A DNA stretch of 64,000 nt from Candidatus Altiarchaeota archaeon (GCA_043800705.1 JAZDMS010000035.1:32307-96306); one strand, 5' to 3'; counted from the stretch's first letter, positions 18,069 to 28,628 are shown. Made by a program: numbers and translations. The notes: generated from the sequence alone by a model not told the origin.

Positions 18069-19230
18069 AATAAGGAAGGGCATACATTCGATAGGGTCTT
18101 TGGACTGGGACAGGAGGCTCTTCGATGAGCTGATACCGCTTCCTGACGGCACATCATACAACTGTTATCTGGTGAGGGGAAGCCAGAAGACGGTACTGAT
18201 AGACACAGTCGACCCTGCGAAGGAGGGGGAACTGGTCGCGAATCTCGAAATACACGGGCTGAGGGCGATCGACTACGTCGTCGCCCACCACGCAGAACAG
18301 GACCACTCTGGCTCGATCCCGAAGGTCCTGGAGATGTATCCGGGGGCGAAGGTCCTATGCACAGAAAAATGCAAGGAGCTTCTGAAAGACCATCTCAAGG
18401 TCGCTGAAGACAGGTTCATGACCGTCAAGGACGGCCAGGAAGTCCCGCTCGGAGGCAGGACCCTGACATTTATCCATACACCCTGGGTCCACTGGCCCGA
18501 AACCATGGTGACATACCTCAAAGAGGACGAGATCCTATTCAGCTGCGACTTCTTCGGCAGCCACCTTGCGACAAGCAGCTTATATGCCGCAGACAATCCG
18601 AAGGTCCTTCAGAGCGCGAAGAGGTACTACGCAGAGATAATGATGCCGTTCCGGGGGATCATAAGGAGCAACCTCGAAAAGCTGAGACCCCACAAGATCG
18701 GGCTCATAGCCCCAAGCCACGGACCAATCCACGAAAAGCCGCAGGTGATAATCGACTCATACAGGGAATGGACGTCGGACGCCGTCAAGAACGAGGCCGT
18801 CATAGCATACGTCTCGATGCACGGCTCGACGAGGCAGATGGTGGACCACCTGGTCGAAGCCCTCATGGAAAGGGGCGTAACTGTCAAGCCGTACAATCTC
18901 CCTAAGACCGACATCGGCGAACTGGCCATGGACCTCGTCGACGCAGCCACCCTTGTGGTCGCGACGCCGACAGTCCTCGTCGGACCACACCCCGCAGCAG
19001 TCTACGCCGCATTCCTGACAAACGCGCTTCGGCCCAAGCTCAGGCACGTGGCGGTGATCGGCTCATACGGTTGGGGCGGCAAGGCGGTGGAGACCCTAGC
19101 ATCGATGATAGGCAACCTCAAGGCCGAAGTCCTCGAGCCGGTACTGGCCAAAGGCCAGCCGAAGGAGAAGGATTTCAAGGCATTGGATAGGCTTGCGGAC
19201 TCTATAGCCGAAAGGCATAAGAAGCTGTAA
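18058..19230 (+). CDS. fprA: Flavodiiron protein (FprA)
   Basis: GTSYNCYL, HAEQDHSGS, PWVHWPE, C-terminal flavodoxin GSYGWGG. Confidence 0.93.
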   Translation: MNAEIRKGIHSIGSLDWDRRLFDELIPLPDGTSYNCYLVRGSQKTVLIDTVDPAKEGELVANLEIHGLRAIDYVVAHHAEQDHSGSIPKVLEMYPGAKVLCTEKCKELLKDHLKVAEDRFMTVKDGQEVPLGGRTLTFIHTPWVHWPETMVTYLKEDEILFSCDFFGSHLATSSLYAADNPKVLQSAKRYYAEIMMPFRGIIRSNLEKLRPHKIGLIAPSHGPIHEKPQVIIDSYREWTSDAVKNEAVIAYVSMHGSTRQMVDHLVEALMERGVTVKPYNLPKTDIGELAMDLVDAATLVVATPTVLVGPHPAAVYAAFLTNALRPKLRHVAVIGSYGWGGKAVETLASMIGNLKAEVLEPVLAKGQPKEKDFKALDRLADSIAERHKKL

Positions 19231-19231
19231 A

Positions 19232-20170
19232 ATGCACGACCTGATAATCGTCGGGGCCGGACCAGCAGGCATAACGGCCGCGGTATATGCGGCGAGAAAG
19301 ACGACGAAGACGCTAGTCCTGTCCAAGGACGTCGGCGGGCAGGCGGCGCAATCCTGGGATATAGAGAATTACACGGGATACCAGTTCATAACCGGGCCCG
19401 AGCTTGCCAAAAAGTTAGAGGAACACCTGAAGAACCCTAACATCGAGTCGAAGATCGGAAAAGCCCATGAGGTGGTCTCCATCGTAAAAGCCGGGGATGG
19501 ATTCAAGGTCAAGACGACGGAGGCAGAACATGATGGCAGGACAGTCATCGTGGCCTCCGGGCGTAAGCCAAGGCGCCTGAACGCCCCAGGGGAGAGCGAG
19601 TTCAAGAACCGGGGTGTCACCTACTGTGCCACATGCGACGGACCCCTCTTCGCAGGCAAGGACGTGGCGATAATCGGGGGGGGTAATTCGGCATTGGATG
19701 CCGCCATGCAGATGATCCCCCTGGCAAGGAGGATATACATGATAGACATGGCAGACCACATAATAGGCGATACCGTGATACTCGAAAAGGTAAGGGCAGC
19801 ACCAAATGTCCAGATAATGAGCAGGACGAAGGTGAGGGAGATCGTCGGCAGCAGGTTCGTGCAGGGGATAAAGGTCAGCGAAGTGGGCGGGGATGCCAGA
19901 ACCATCCCCGTAGAGGGCGTCTTCATAGAGATAGGCTCGATGCCTGCGAACGAACCCGGATGCGATGTGAGCTTCAACGAGAGGGGGGAGATAAAGGTCA
20001 ACGAAAGGTGCGAGACGAACGTCCCCGGCCTGTTCGCCGCAGGCGACGTGACCAACGTCCCTGAGAAGCAGATAATAGTCGCAGCTGGGCAGGGCTGCAT
20101 AGCCAGCCTGAGCGCATTCAGATACATATCGAGGCAGAATAACAAAGAGGTGGGACACAATGACGAATGA
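19232..20170 (+). CDS. trxB: Thioredoxin-disulfide reductase
   Basis: GAGPAG, CATCDG, GGGNSA, FAAGDV. Confidence 0.9.
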   Translation: MHDLIIVGAGPAGITAAVYAARKTTKTLVLSKDVGGQAAQSWDIENYTGYQFITGPELAKKLEEHLKNPNIESKIGKAHEVVSIVKAGDGFKVKTTEAEHDGRTVIVASGRKPRRLNAPGESEFKNRGVTYCATCDGPLFAGKDVAIIGGGNSALDAAMQMIPLARRIYMIDMADHIIGDTVILEKVRAAPNVQIMSRTKVREIVGSRFVQGIKVSEVGGDARTIPVEGVFIEIGSMPANEPGCDVSFNERGEIKVNERCETNVPGLFAAGDVTNVPEKQIIVAAGQGCIASLSAFRYISRQNNKEVGHNDE

Positions 20171-20540
20171 AAGGGGAGACATATACAGGTGCGGGACATG
20201 CGGGAACATAGCCGTTACATTGCACGCAGGCGGGGGGACATTGGTATGCTGCGGAAACGACATGGAACTGATGAAGGAGAAGACGGAAGACCAGGGCAAC
20301 GAGAAACACGTCCCCGTCATAGAAAAGACACCGAATGGCTACAAGGTCAGGGTAGGCTCGGTCCAGCACCCGATGGAGGAAAAACACCACATAATGTGGA
20401 TTGAACTCATCGCAGACGGCAAAAGCTACAGGGAATTCCTGAAGCCCGGAATGAAGCCGGAGGCCGAATTCTGCCTGAGCGCGGCGACTGTAGCCGCGAG
20501 GGAATACTGCAACATCCACGGACTGTGGAAGTCGAAATGA
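20160..20540 (+). CDS. dfx: Desulfoferrodoxin (superoxide reductase)
   Basis: CGTC...[23 protein letters not shown]. Confidence 0.94.
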   Translation: MTNERGDIYRCGTCGNIAVTLHAGGGTLVCCGNDMELMKEKTEDQGNEKHVPVIEKTPNGYKVRVGSVQHPMEEKHHIMWIELIADGKSYREFLKPGMKPEAEFCLSAATVAAREYCNIHGLWKSK

Positions 20541-20549
20541 GGATTTGAG

Positions 20550-21374
20550 ATGAAAGAAAGAACTGCGATGCTGGTTGCGACATTTGTAGCCTTTGTCCTG
20601 ATATCCGGATGCATGGAAAGCCAGACCCAGGCCACTACGACAACAGGCGGCGGCGACCGGCAGTCGGTTGTGAAGGTGTCATCCGGCTCGCTTGGCAGGA
20701 TACTGACAGACGCCTCAGGCAGGACGCTGTATGTGTTCACAAAGGACGAAAGCGGAAAAAGCAACTGCGCAGGCCAATGCGCCCAGAACTGGCCGCCTCT
20801 TCTAGTCGAAGGACAGCTTCTGAGTGGAGAGGGGGTGACAGGCGACCTTGCCACGATACCCAGATCCGACGGCGCGATGCAGGCGGCCTACGTGGACATG
20901 CCGCTATACTACTTCGCGCAGGACGCGAACCCCGGAGACGTCAAAGGCCAGGCAGTCAACGGCGTATGGTACGTCGTCAACCCCGACACCGGCCCGGTGA
21001 TTCCATCGCCGCAGGCGACAGATGCCCAGGTGACGACGACACAACCACAGGTCACGACTACCGCAGGCGATCCATCGGAGCCCAATGGGCTTCTGATAGC
21101 GAAGACCGCGGACGTCGCCCCCGGCGCAAGCGTCGACTTCATTTACGATGGAGGGAAGGCGATACTCGTAAACGTCGGCGGGACATATGTTGCCTACGTG
21201 AACTCATGCCCACACAAGGGATGTGCGACCGTATATGAGGGTTCTAAGCTTACATGCCCCTGCCACAACTCCCAATTCGACGCCAAGAGCGGGGGTGTGT
21301 TAAAGGGACCGGCGACCACTCCATTGACCACCATCAGCGTCAAAGTCGTCGGAGACGGGATATACGCCCCATAG
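20550..21374 (+). CDS. Secreted lipoprotein-repeat (COG4315-like) + Rieske fusion
   Basis: SGC signal, TLYVFTKD..SNCAGQCAQNWPP, PLYYFAQD, C-terminal CPHKG...CPCH Rieske ligands. Confidence 0.82.
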   Translation: MKERTAMLVATFVAFVLISGCMESQTQATTTTGGGDRQSVVKVSSGSLGRILTDASGRTLYVFTKDESGKSNCAGQCAQNWPPLLVEGQLLSGEGVTGDLATIPRSDGAMQAAYVDMPLYYFAQDANPGDVKGQAVNGVWYVVNPDTGPVIPSPQATDAQVTTTQPQVTTTAGDPSEPNGLLIAKTADVAPGASVDFIYDGGKAILVNVGGTYVAYVNSCPHKGCATVYEGSKLTCPCHNSQFDAKSGGVLKGPATTPLTTISVKVVGDGIYAP

Positions 21375-21416
21375 GCCGAAAAACGGCCAGGCCATGCGCC
21401 TGGCCGGATTGTTCGT

Positions 21417-22184
21417 ATGGACCTGTTAACGCTATTTTCCGCATTCGCCTACGGACTGTCCAGCAGCCTGAGCCTCTGCCTCGCATCATGTCTGCCGTTC
21501 TATATGCCGATACTGTTCGGCTATGGCCAGGACAGGAGGGGGGGAATCGTCCTCTCGCTCGGGTTCGCGGCCGGCAGGTTCGCGGGATACCTGTCCCTCG
21601 GCGCGGTCGCGGCGTGGATGGGGGCGGAGTTCATCGGATTCTTCAGCGGGACGTTCCCCGCCGTCTCGAGCTGGATAGTCTTCGTGTTCGGGATATTGAC
21701 GGTTTTCTACGGCATACTGATTCTTGCGAAGGCAAAAGTCGGGTTCCTTTCGGAGGGGCGATGCAGGACATACATCGACAAGGCAGGCGGCGCGGGGAAT
21801 CCTATCCTCGGCACCCTAGCCCTCGGATTCGTCTCGACCATCACCCCCTGCGTCCCGGTATTCACATTCCTGCTGCTGCCTTTCGCGCTCGGAAAGATCT
21901 GGGAGACCGCGATGGTCACGGTGGCGTTCGGCCTCGGGGCGAACATGGCATTCGTCGCCATAGGCTTCGCCATAGGATTGGGGATGGAGAACGTCAAGGA
22001 AAGGTTCAACAGTGCGAAGAGGCCGCTCGAGGTCTTCAGCGCCGCGGCGCTCATGGTTTTCGGGACGTTCTATGCGCTTTGGGCTTCGGGGCCGCTGCTA
22101 TTCGGCTGGAGCAACGCCAGTTACACGCTGCCTTCAGTCTACGATTTCACGGATTTCCTGGGATATCTTCTGAGAATTCCCTGA
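21417..22184 (+). CDS. DsbD_2/TauE-like multi-pass membrane protein
   Basis: CLASC and TPC motifs within 6-7 TM segments. Confidence 0.75.
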   Translation: MDLLTLFSAFAYGLSSSLSLCLASCLPFYMPILFGYGQDRRGGIVLSLGFAAGRFAGYLSLGAVAAWMGAEFIGFFSGTFPAVSSWIVFVFGILTVFYGILILAKAKVGFLSEGRCRTYIDKAGGAGNPILGTLALGFVSTITPCVPVFTFLLLPFALGKIWETAMVTVAFGLGANMAFVAIGFAIGLGMENVKERFNSAKRPLEVFSAAALMVFGTFYALWASGPLLFGWSNASYTLPSVYDFTDFLGYLLRIP

Positions 22185-22623
22185 GCTTCTGCGTATAGGA
22201 CCCGGATTTCACCTCGGACTCGGTCAGCCCTAATGTCGCCGTCGGCTTAAGGCCCGACAGTTCCCCCATGTGTTTCACTGCCCTGTCTCCGCCGGAGCCG
22301 CCGTATGTGGCGAAGAACGCCGCCTTCCGCATCTTCCCCTTCATCCGAGTCAGATATGTCCTCACCGCAGGGGACATCGTCATCGCCCAGACCGGCGTGC
22401 CTACCACGACGATATCGTACTGGGACGGATCGTATTTTACGGATCCCAAATCCGTGAGCTTCTTCATAGCCGCATCCTTTCCACCCATCATATAGCCGAT
22501 CGGGCCTTTGCGGCCCTTTTTGTCTGTCAGCTCCTCGACGTCGGAACCGAGGATTTTAGCCAATTCCTCCGAAACCTTCCTCGTCGAACCGTCCCTGGAG
22601 TAGTAGACGACTAAGCTTTTCAT
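22147..22623 (-). CDS. Flavodoxin-like protein
   Basis: MKSLVVYYSRDGSTRKV, VGTPVWA, FATYGGSG. Confidence 0.88.
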   Translation of the reverse strand: MKSLVVYYSRDGSTRKVSEELAKILGSDVEELTDKKGRKGPIGYMMGGKDAAMKKLTDLGSVKYDPSQYDIVVVGTPVWAMTMSPAVRTYLTRMKGKMRKAAFFATYGGSGGDRAVKHMGELSGLKPTATLGLTESEVKSGSYTQKLREFSEDIPGNP

Positions 22624-22675
22624 GTCAGAGGATATGCTCAAGGAGATAAATACTCGAGCCAAAGACGAGGAAGGA

Positions 22676-23053
22676 CTAAGACATCTGCTCGAGCGCCAGG
22701 TGGCATTGACCCCTGACCGAAGGATCCGTAATCCTGTCGCAGAGGCGCGGGTCCTTTGTTGCGACTCCGACGCGCCCGTAACAAAGCTCCCTCGTCTGGG
22801 CCTTCTTGACCTTGTCGCAGATGGACTCGTCCTTGAGGGTCGACGCCGTGTTGATGTAGCATAGGTCCTTAAGCTTGTCGTCCGTCTTCGAGTCGCACGC
22901 ATCCTCGCTCGCATACACCGGCGTGTCGTTGCCCGCCCGCTCGTCCCTCGGAAGGACCGTCGAGCTCGTCGACCCAGACTGGACAGCCGACGAATCCTCC
23001 AAACAACCCGCACAAAGGACCGACAAGGCCAATAAGGCCATAGGGTAATGCAT
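22676..23053 (-). CDS. Secreted Cys-rich hypothetical protein
   Basis: AGC signal; repeated C..I/V......C.Y..A units. Confidence 0.7.
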   Translation of the reverse strand: MHYPMALLALSVLCAGCLEDSSAVQSGSTSSTVLPRDERAGNDTPVYASEDACDSKTDDKLKDLCYINTASTLKDESICDKVKKAQTRELCYGRVGVATKDPRLCDRITDPSVRGQCHLALEQMS

Positions 23054-23094
23054 AGATTTTATTAGCAGACAAACCTTATATTTGCAGGTTAACT

Positions 23095-24390
23095 ATGGAG
23101 GTCGGGATAATAGGGGGAGGCATCGGGGGCCTATATTCAGCCTATCGGCTGCAGAAGAGAGGGATAAAGACCACCGTTTTTGAGAAGGGAGAGGATATTG
23201 GCGGACTTGCCGCCTGCACCAGGGTAGAGGGGGCGCCTATCGAAAGATACTACCACCATTTCTTCGGATCCAATGATGTTCTGATATCCCTCATCCGTGA
23301 ATTGGACCTTCAGGACGACATAACCTGGGCGAATACAAAGATGGGATTCTACTGCGACGGGGAGATATATCCATTCGGCTCCCCGGAGGACCTCCTAAGG
23401 TTCAAGCCGCTCAAGGTAGCGGACCGGCTGCGGCTCGGTTTCTTCCTAACATGCCTGAAATTTCTAAAAGACGGGTCTGGACTCGACGGGATCAATGCAG
23501 ATGAATGGCTTGTGAGATGGTGCGGAAGAGAGGCGTACGAAAAGATTTGGGGGCCTCTCCTCAAGGCAAAGTTCGGGAACCGCAAGGGAGACGTGTCCGC
23601 AGCATGGATTTGGGGCAGGGTGCATGAGAGGGCTGGAAGCAGGGGGGAAAACGGCCTCAAGGAGGAGCTTGGCTACCTAAATGGAGGCTTTGGGAGGATA
23701 TTATGCGCTTTGGAGCAGTCCATTATCTCCGATGGGGGGTGGGTTCTGCGCAACTCCGAAGTCGTTAGCCTGGGCCGGGAAGGAGAAAGGGTGTCCTGCA
23801 CCCCCAAGGACGGGACCAGACACAACTTTGATAGGGTCATATCTACCGTACCGTTGCCTATCTTCATCAGGATCGCTGAAAGGCTCCCCGAAGAATTCCG
23901 GAAACGGCTTGCGAAAGTGAAGTATGCAGGGGTGATATGCGCCGTGCTCAGGCTTCGAAGACCCCTGGGGAAATATTACTGGATCAACATATCCGATCCA
24001 GCCATCAAGGCATCAGGCGTTCTGGAACACACCAACTTCATCGGACCGGAGAACTACGGAGGCGCATCAATAGCATATGGGTTCAACTATGTCGATGACT
24101 GGAAACTGGCTGAGGATAAGACTGACGAGGAGGCCGTGTCAGGGTATGTCGACGACTTCAAGGCTATTTTCCCTGGATTCAGGAAATCCGACGTATTGGG
24201 AGCCGAAGTCAGCAGGTACGAGTTCGCGACGCCGGTCTACACGACCGGATTCTCCAGGGCAATGGAAGAACTCGCGAATCCACTACCCGCCGTATACGTC
24301 ATTAGTACCGTCCAGATCTATCCTCGAGGAAGGACAATCGACAATACGCTAAGGGTATGCGACGATGTTTTGAAGCTGATTAAAAAATGA
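23095..24390 (+). CDS. FAD-dependent oxidoreductase (HemY/amine-oxidase-like)
   Basis: IIGGGIGGL, IGGLA, ERYYHHFF. Confidence 0.85.
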   Translation: MEVGIIGGGIGGLYSAYRLQKRGIKTTVFEKGEDIGGLAACTRVEGAPIERYYHHFFGSNDVLISLIRELDLQDDITWANTKMGFYCDGEIYPFGSPEDLLRFKPLKVADRLRLGFFLTCLKFLKDGSGLDGINADEWLVRWCGREAYEKIWGPLLKAKFGNRKGDVSAAWIWGRVHERAGSRGENGLKEELGYLNGGFGRILCALEQSIISDGGWVLRNSEVVSLGREGERVSCTPKDGTRHNFDRVISTVPLPIFIRIAERLPEEFRKRLAKVKYAGVICAVLRLRRPLGKYYWINISDPAIKASGVLEHTNFIGPENYGGASIAYGFNYVDDWKLAEDKTDEEAVSGYVDDFKAIFPGFRKSDVLGAEVSRYEFATPVYTTGFSRAMEELANPLPAVYVISTVQIYPRGRTIDNTLRVCDDVLKLIKK

Positions 24391-26123
24391 GAAGAAATAG
24401 GGGGATCGGATTAGACAATGCCATGATAGCATTGGTTGCGGTGATATTCGCGACCTCCGTCTTCCTGGCATACAGGCACGAACAGGCATTCAGAATCACG
24501 AGCGTGGAATATTCAAGGAACGGTTCCCCGTACAGGGATGCTCCGATGCCGTTTTGGGGAGGCGACGGAACATTCATCATCAACTACACAACAAACAGGG
24601 AATCTATCCGGCTGATCTTTTTTGCGAACGACTGCGTGCAGGAGATCGAAATCGAGGGGAAGAGGGTCTACGAGGCCGAATGCACGCACTGCAAGGATTG
24701 CTCCGGACTGGGCGCCAGAATGGCCGTAAATCCGAACACGGCCAACACAATTAAGGTAAAGACAAAGAACCTAGACGATCTGCCCGCATTCTTCATTGAA
24801 AACGCCGAAAGCAGCCTTGTAGCGAGGGTGTCGGCGATATCGTCTTTTATCTGCCTATTAGGGATGATTTGGATCAGGTCCAGGGGGGAGATGCTCAGGG
24901 AGTTCTTACAAAAGGCCTTTAAGGCTCTGTCGACAAACAGGTACATGGCCGCAGTCATCATCCTGTCCTTTGCCGTGCAGCTTACGCTTGCGGTGAGCAC
25001 GACAAGGTCCCAGGACGTACAGAACTGGGTGGTCTGGACGGAGAGCCTGTTCCATAACGGCAGATTAGACCTGACATCGCTTCATCCCGACTTCAGATAC
25101 ATTGAAAACCTGTACATGAACAAGCCGCCGGGCGCATACCTGTATCCGTTTGCCATCATCCGCGCATTGTTCGGATTCAGCCACGTTTATCTGCTCTATC
25201 TGACGAGGCTTCCACCCATTTTGGGGACTTTGATCGCCGGATATGCGATCTGGGATATTTTAAGGCCAATAGGCGGAAAGTCCGCAATTATCGCGGCTTC
25301 GGCTTATCTTCTGAATCCCGCAGTCTGGGTGGAGGCTGCGGTACAGGGGAAACACGACGCACTAACGATAGCATTCCTCCTTTTGGCGGTAAAAAACCTC
25401 GAAAAGGGGCGGTTCCCGATTTACTTCGGCTTATCCGTCCTAGGCAAACAGTTCGCCCTCTTCTGCCTTCCGTGGATTATCATGGGAAGGAGGATGCTAA
25501 AGCCCGCAGTATACGCCGGCACAATATTCATCATCCTAGCCCTGCCTTTCCTGGCCTACAACCCCCTACTTTTCATTAAGAGGATGATCGTCACCCACAC
25601 AGAGGACATGCCAAACCGGTTGTCGTGGATGTCCACGGTTGGGCTTGATGCGAACAATGAGGGGGTTTTGATTACGAAGGCTTTCCTCGCGTTATATTTC
25701 ATCATGCTTATGGCAGGGGCCCATTTCATCAAGACTGACGAATACCGCTCAACAGCCATCGTTTACTGCCTATTCATCCTTTTCAGCAAGACCGTGCAGG
25801 ACCAATATTTCCTCTGGACCCTCCCGTTTCTACTTTTGGCTCACTTCAGCCATCGGAGGCTGATCCTCCCGGCAGCATACGTAGTGGGGAGCCTGTCGAT
25901 CCTTTTCTCCTTCGAGGGCACGCAGTTCACGTTGGGGCCCGATTACCAGAAAATTTGGAACATGCTTATTGCGGTGGCCTACCTTGCCGCATGCATCGAC
26001 ATGATTCGTTTTCCAAAGGCATTGAACGTCAAAGTTCCGAAGAATCGACAACGTCGGCGTCTTCTGACCCAGAGTAAAACCGCGGATCAATCCGCACCCT
26101 CAAAAGATCTGAAAGCGCCCTGA
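24387..26123 (+). CDS. GT-C fold membrane glycosyltransferase (GT87/PMT-like) with extracellular N-domain
   Basis: About 12 TM segments, KPPG, LLNP, GKHD, KQF, QYFLW. Confidence 0.7.
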   Translation: MRRNRGIGLDNAMIALVAVIFATSVFLAYRHEQAFRITSVEYSRNGSPYRDAPMPFWGGDGTFIINYTTNRESIRLIFFANDCVQEIEIEGKRVYEAECTHCKDCSGLGARMAVNPNTANTIKVKTKNLDDLPAFFIENAESSLVARVSAISSFICLLGMIWIRSRGEMLREFLQKAFKALSTNRYMAAVIILSFAVQLTLAVSTTRSQDVQNWVVWTESLFHNGRLDLTSLHPDFRYIENLYMNKPPGAYLYPFAIIRALFGFSHVYLLYLTRLPPILGTLIAGYAIWDILRPIGGKSAIIAASAYLLNPAVWVEAAVQGKHDALTIAFLLLAVKNLEKGRFPIYFGLSVLGKQFALFCLPWIIMGRRMLKPAVYAGTIFIILALPFLAYNPLLFIKRMIVTHTEDMPNRLSWMSTVGLDANNEGVLITKAFLALYFIMLMAGAHFIKTDEYRSTAIVYCLFILFSKTVQDQYFLWTLPFLLLAHFSHRRLILPAAYVVGSLSILFSFEGTQFTLGPDYQKIWNMLIAVAYLAACIDMIRFPKALNVKVPKNRQRRRLLTQSKTADQSAPSKDLKAP

Positions 26124-26763
26124 TAACCCTGAGAGGGCCGTATTTGCTTGCCCCCCAAGTCCGGGGATTGTGCTTTGTCTCTATTTCGCAAACCCTGAAA
26201 CCACGGAGGTAGAGGATTGTGGGGATGAATCTGTGAGTCTGGCTTCGTAGGCGTAGCCCCTTAAGGCATCGCCCCCGGTATGCCCGCAGGGAACATCCTT
26301 CATCGTGCATTCCATCGTTGACTATCAATGTCCGGGCGAGATTGCCAAAAGATGAGACAAACCGCTTGAGGAGGGGGTCGTTTCTGTCCCGCCTCCAGCC
26401 GCATACGCAGTCGTATCCGTCATCCAGCCGTTTGATGAGCTTAGGTATGTCGGAGGGGTCGTTTTGCAGGTCCGCATCCATTTGTACAACCACGTCCCCC
26501 CTGCATCGTCTGAAACCCACATCCAAAGCAGCAGTCTGTCCGAGGTTCGTATGCAGTCTTACGACCCTCACCAACCCATCAGAGCCATGTACCGACTTCA
26601 TCTCCTCGTACGTCCCGTCGGTGCTGCAATCGTCGACGAACACTATCTCGTATCGGAGCCCGCAATGCGCCAACACCTTCGTCAGCTGCAGATAGAGCGG
26701 CCGGATATTGCCCCTCTCGTTGTTTGCCGGCACCAGCACACTCAAGTCCACTGATTTTTTCAT
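26029..26763 (-). CDS. GT2 polyprenol-phosphate glycosyltransferase
   Basis: VDDCSTDGT, NLGQTAAL, MDADLQNDP, HRFIP. Confidence 0.9.
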   Translation of the reverse strand: MKKSVDLSVLVPANNERGNIRPLYLQLTKVLAHCGLRYEIVFVDDCSTDGTYEEMKSVHGSDGLVRVVRLHTNLGQTAALDVGFRRCRGDVVVQMDADLQNDPSDIPKLIKRLDDGYDCVCGWRRDRNDPLLKRFVSSFGNLARTLIVNDGMHDEGCSLRAYRGRCLKGLRLRSQTHRFIPTILYLRGFRVCEIETKHNPRTWGASKYGPLRVIRALSDLLRVRIDPRFYSGSEDADVVDSSEL

Positions 26764-26796
26764 AGGGGGTAATGAAATTGTTTTCCCCATTAAATG

Positions 26797-27204
26797 TCAG
26801 AAGTCCTCCTGGAAGACCTTCCGCTTGTAGGTGAGGTATTTGAAGACGAACGTGCACGCCGTCACCGAGACGATCGATAGCATGTAGTAGAGGCCCATGT
26901 TTTCGGTGATGAACTTCACCAGGGTGATGTTGAGGGCGTAGAACACCGCGATGAGAAGCACGTACCTGATGAATCTCTGTCCCGCCTTCCCCTTTGCTTT
27001 GAATATGACCTTCATAGTGAGTACGAAGCTGAGGATTATCGTCAGGGAAAGGGAGACCGCATAGGAGTGAAAGTAGTAGATCCCCGCATATTCGGTCAGG
27101 ACGTATGTCAATGCCAGCAGGAGGGAATACGTGAATCCGTTGACGCAGACGTATTTCACGAATTTGGAGGACAGGGTCTTTCGAATCATGCCTGAAAAAT
27201 CCAT
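26797..27204 (-). CDS. GtrA family flippase
   Basis: Four TM segments, FVKY...SFVL..KVIF...RFIRY...RKVF pattern. Confidence 0.82.
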   Translation of the reverse strand: MDFSGMIRKTLSSKFVKYVCVNGFTYSLLLALTYVLTEYAGIYYFHSYAVSLSLTIILSFVLTMKVIFKAKGKAGQRFIRYVLLIAVFYALNITLVKFITENMGLYYMLSIVSVTACTFVFKYLTYKRKVFQEDF

Positions 27205-27350
27205 TTTGTCACTTCGGTGAGGCATCCATAGGGGGGATATGTTTTGCGGTGGGGTTGTCCTGTGTTCACTCCTAGATTGGGAGAGCATCACTTCGCCCAG
27301 AGACGAACCTTGTAGGGTTCATGGTTGCGCAGGGGCCGTTTCCACCGCAA
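27188..27350 (+). ncRNA. Candidate structured RNA (unassigned)
   Basis: c(TTCG)g hairpin; TTGCGGTGG/CCACCGCAA 9-bp closing stem with internal G-U-supported hairpins. Confidence 0.35.
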
Positions 27351-27434
27351 TGTTGCCTGTACCTCTTGACGCCAGCCGTTCATCAGATCGCGGAGGCCTT
27401 CGCAGGCAGGCTAGAATATTAGGGGCGGACTCGC

Positions 27435-28628
27435 TTATAAGCTGCCGTCAAACACCTTCAAGGCGCAGTATTTGCCGCACATGCTGCATTCCCCGCCTTT
27501 CTCGTGTTTCCCGCGCGTCTGCCCGGCCCAAGGATCAATGGCGTTTTTGAACATTGTCTTCCAATCCAGCCGCCTTCTGGCCTTGCTCATCGCATCGTCC
27601 CTCTCGGTGCGGCCTAGTTTCACGATGTCGGCTGCATGGGCTGCGATCTTCGACGCTATCACACCCTCCCTCACGTCCTCCACGTCGGGTAGGCCTAGGT
27701 GTTCGCTCGGGGTTACGTAGCAGAGGAAGTCTGCGCCATACATGCCTGCGACCGCGCCGCCGATGGCGGACGTTATGTGGTCATGACCCACTCCAATATC
27801 GGTCACCAGCGGGCCGAGAACATAGAAGGGGGCGTTGTGGCAGACCGCCTTCTGAAGCCGCATATTGTATTCTATCTGGTCGAGGGGGACGTGGCCCGGG
27901 CCTTCGACGATGACCTTCACTCCGTGCTCCCATGCGCGGGAGGTGAGCTCGCCTAACACCTTCAATTCGGAAAGTTGCGCATCGTCTGTGGCGTCGCGGA
28001 TGCACCCAGGCCTTAGGGCGTCTCCGAGGCTTACGACGACGCCGTATTCAGCTAGGACTTCCATTATCAGGTCGAATCCGATATATAGGGGGTTTTCAGC
28101 CCTATTCTTCATCATCCAGGCCGCCAGGAAGCAACCACCCCTGCTTGTGATCGGGATAGTCCTCTTCTTGGCGTACATTATCCCCTGGAGGGTCAATCCT
28201 GCGTGGATGGTCATGAAATCCACCCCGTCCCTGCACTGCTCTTCGATCTCCTTCAGGTAGTCCTCTATCGTGAATTGCAGGCGCTTATGGGCATAGACCT
28301 GGTAGATGGGTACGGTCCCCAGTGGAACGTCCATTTCCGCCAGAAGCCTCCTCCTGGTCTTCGGAGTATTGCCGTCGACGCTCAAGTCCATCAACGCATC
28401 AGCTCCGGCCTCAACCGCCACCCTGGCCTTCCTCAGCTCCCGGACCATGCTGCTGCCGTCCGGCGACGTCCCTATGTTGGCGTTGACCTTAGTGGAGATG
28501 CCGGCGCCGACGGCCATCGGCTTGATCCTACGCCGGGGATTCCCGACGACTACGACGCTGCCGTCCCGGACACGCCGGGCCAGCTTTGTCTTCGAAATCC
28601 CCTCATCCTTGGCGACCTTATCCAACAT
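27435..28628 (-). CDS. thiC: Phosphomethylpyrimidine synthase
   Basis: KVNANIGTS, MDLS, SRGG, EGPGH, YVTPSEHL, CSMCGKYC. Confidence 0.96.
   Translation of the reverse strand: MLDKVAKDEGISKTKLARRVRDGSVVVVGNPRRRIKPMAVGAGISTKVNANIGTSPDGSSMVRELRKARVAVEAGADALMDLSVDGNTPKTRRRLLAEMDVPLGTVPIYQVYAHKRLQFTIEDYLKEIEEQCRDGVDFMTIHAGLTLQGIMYAKKRTIPITSRGGCFLAAWMMKNRAENPLYIGFDLIMEVLAEYGVVVSLGDALRPGCIRDATDDAQLSELKVLGELTSRAWEHGVKVIVEGPGHVPLDQIEYNMRLQKAVCHNAPFYVLGPLVTDIGVGHDHITSAIGGAVAGMYGADFLCYVTPSEHLGLPDVEDVREGVIASKIAAHAADIVKLGRTERDDAMSKARRRLDWKTMFKNAIDPWAGQTRGKHEKGGECSMCGKYCALKVFDGSL

Noticed and set aside
22147-23013. 288-aa ORF
   Set aside because: The N-terminal part is an off-frame overlap with 22676..23053; the real flavodoxin starts at 22623.
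27200-27440. RNase P RNA, hammerhead or TPP riboswitch on the minus strand
   Set aside because: GGAAACGGC, GAGTCCGCCC and CTGATGA fragments are present, but P4 pairing, hammerhead stem II and the TPP core could not be built.
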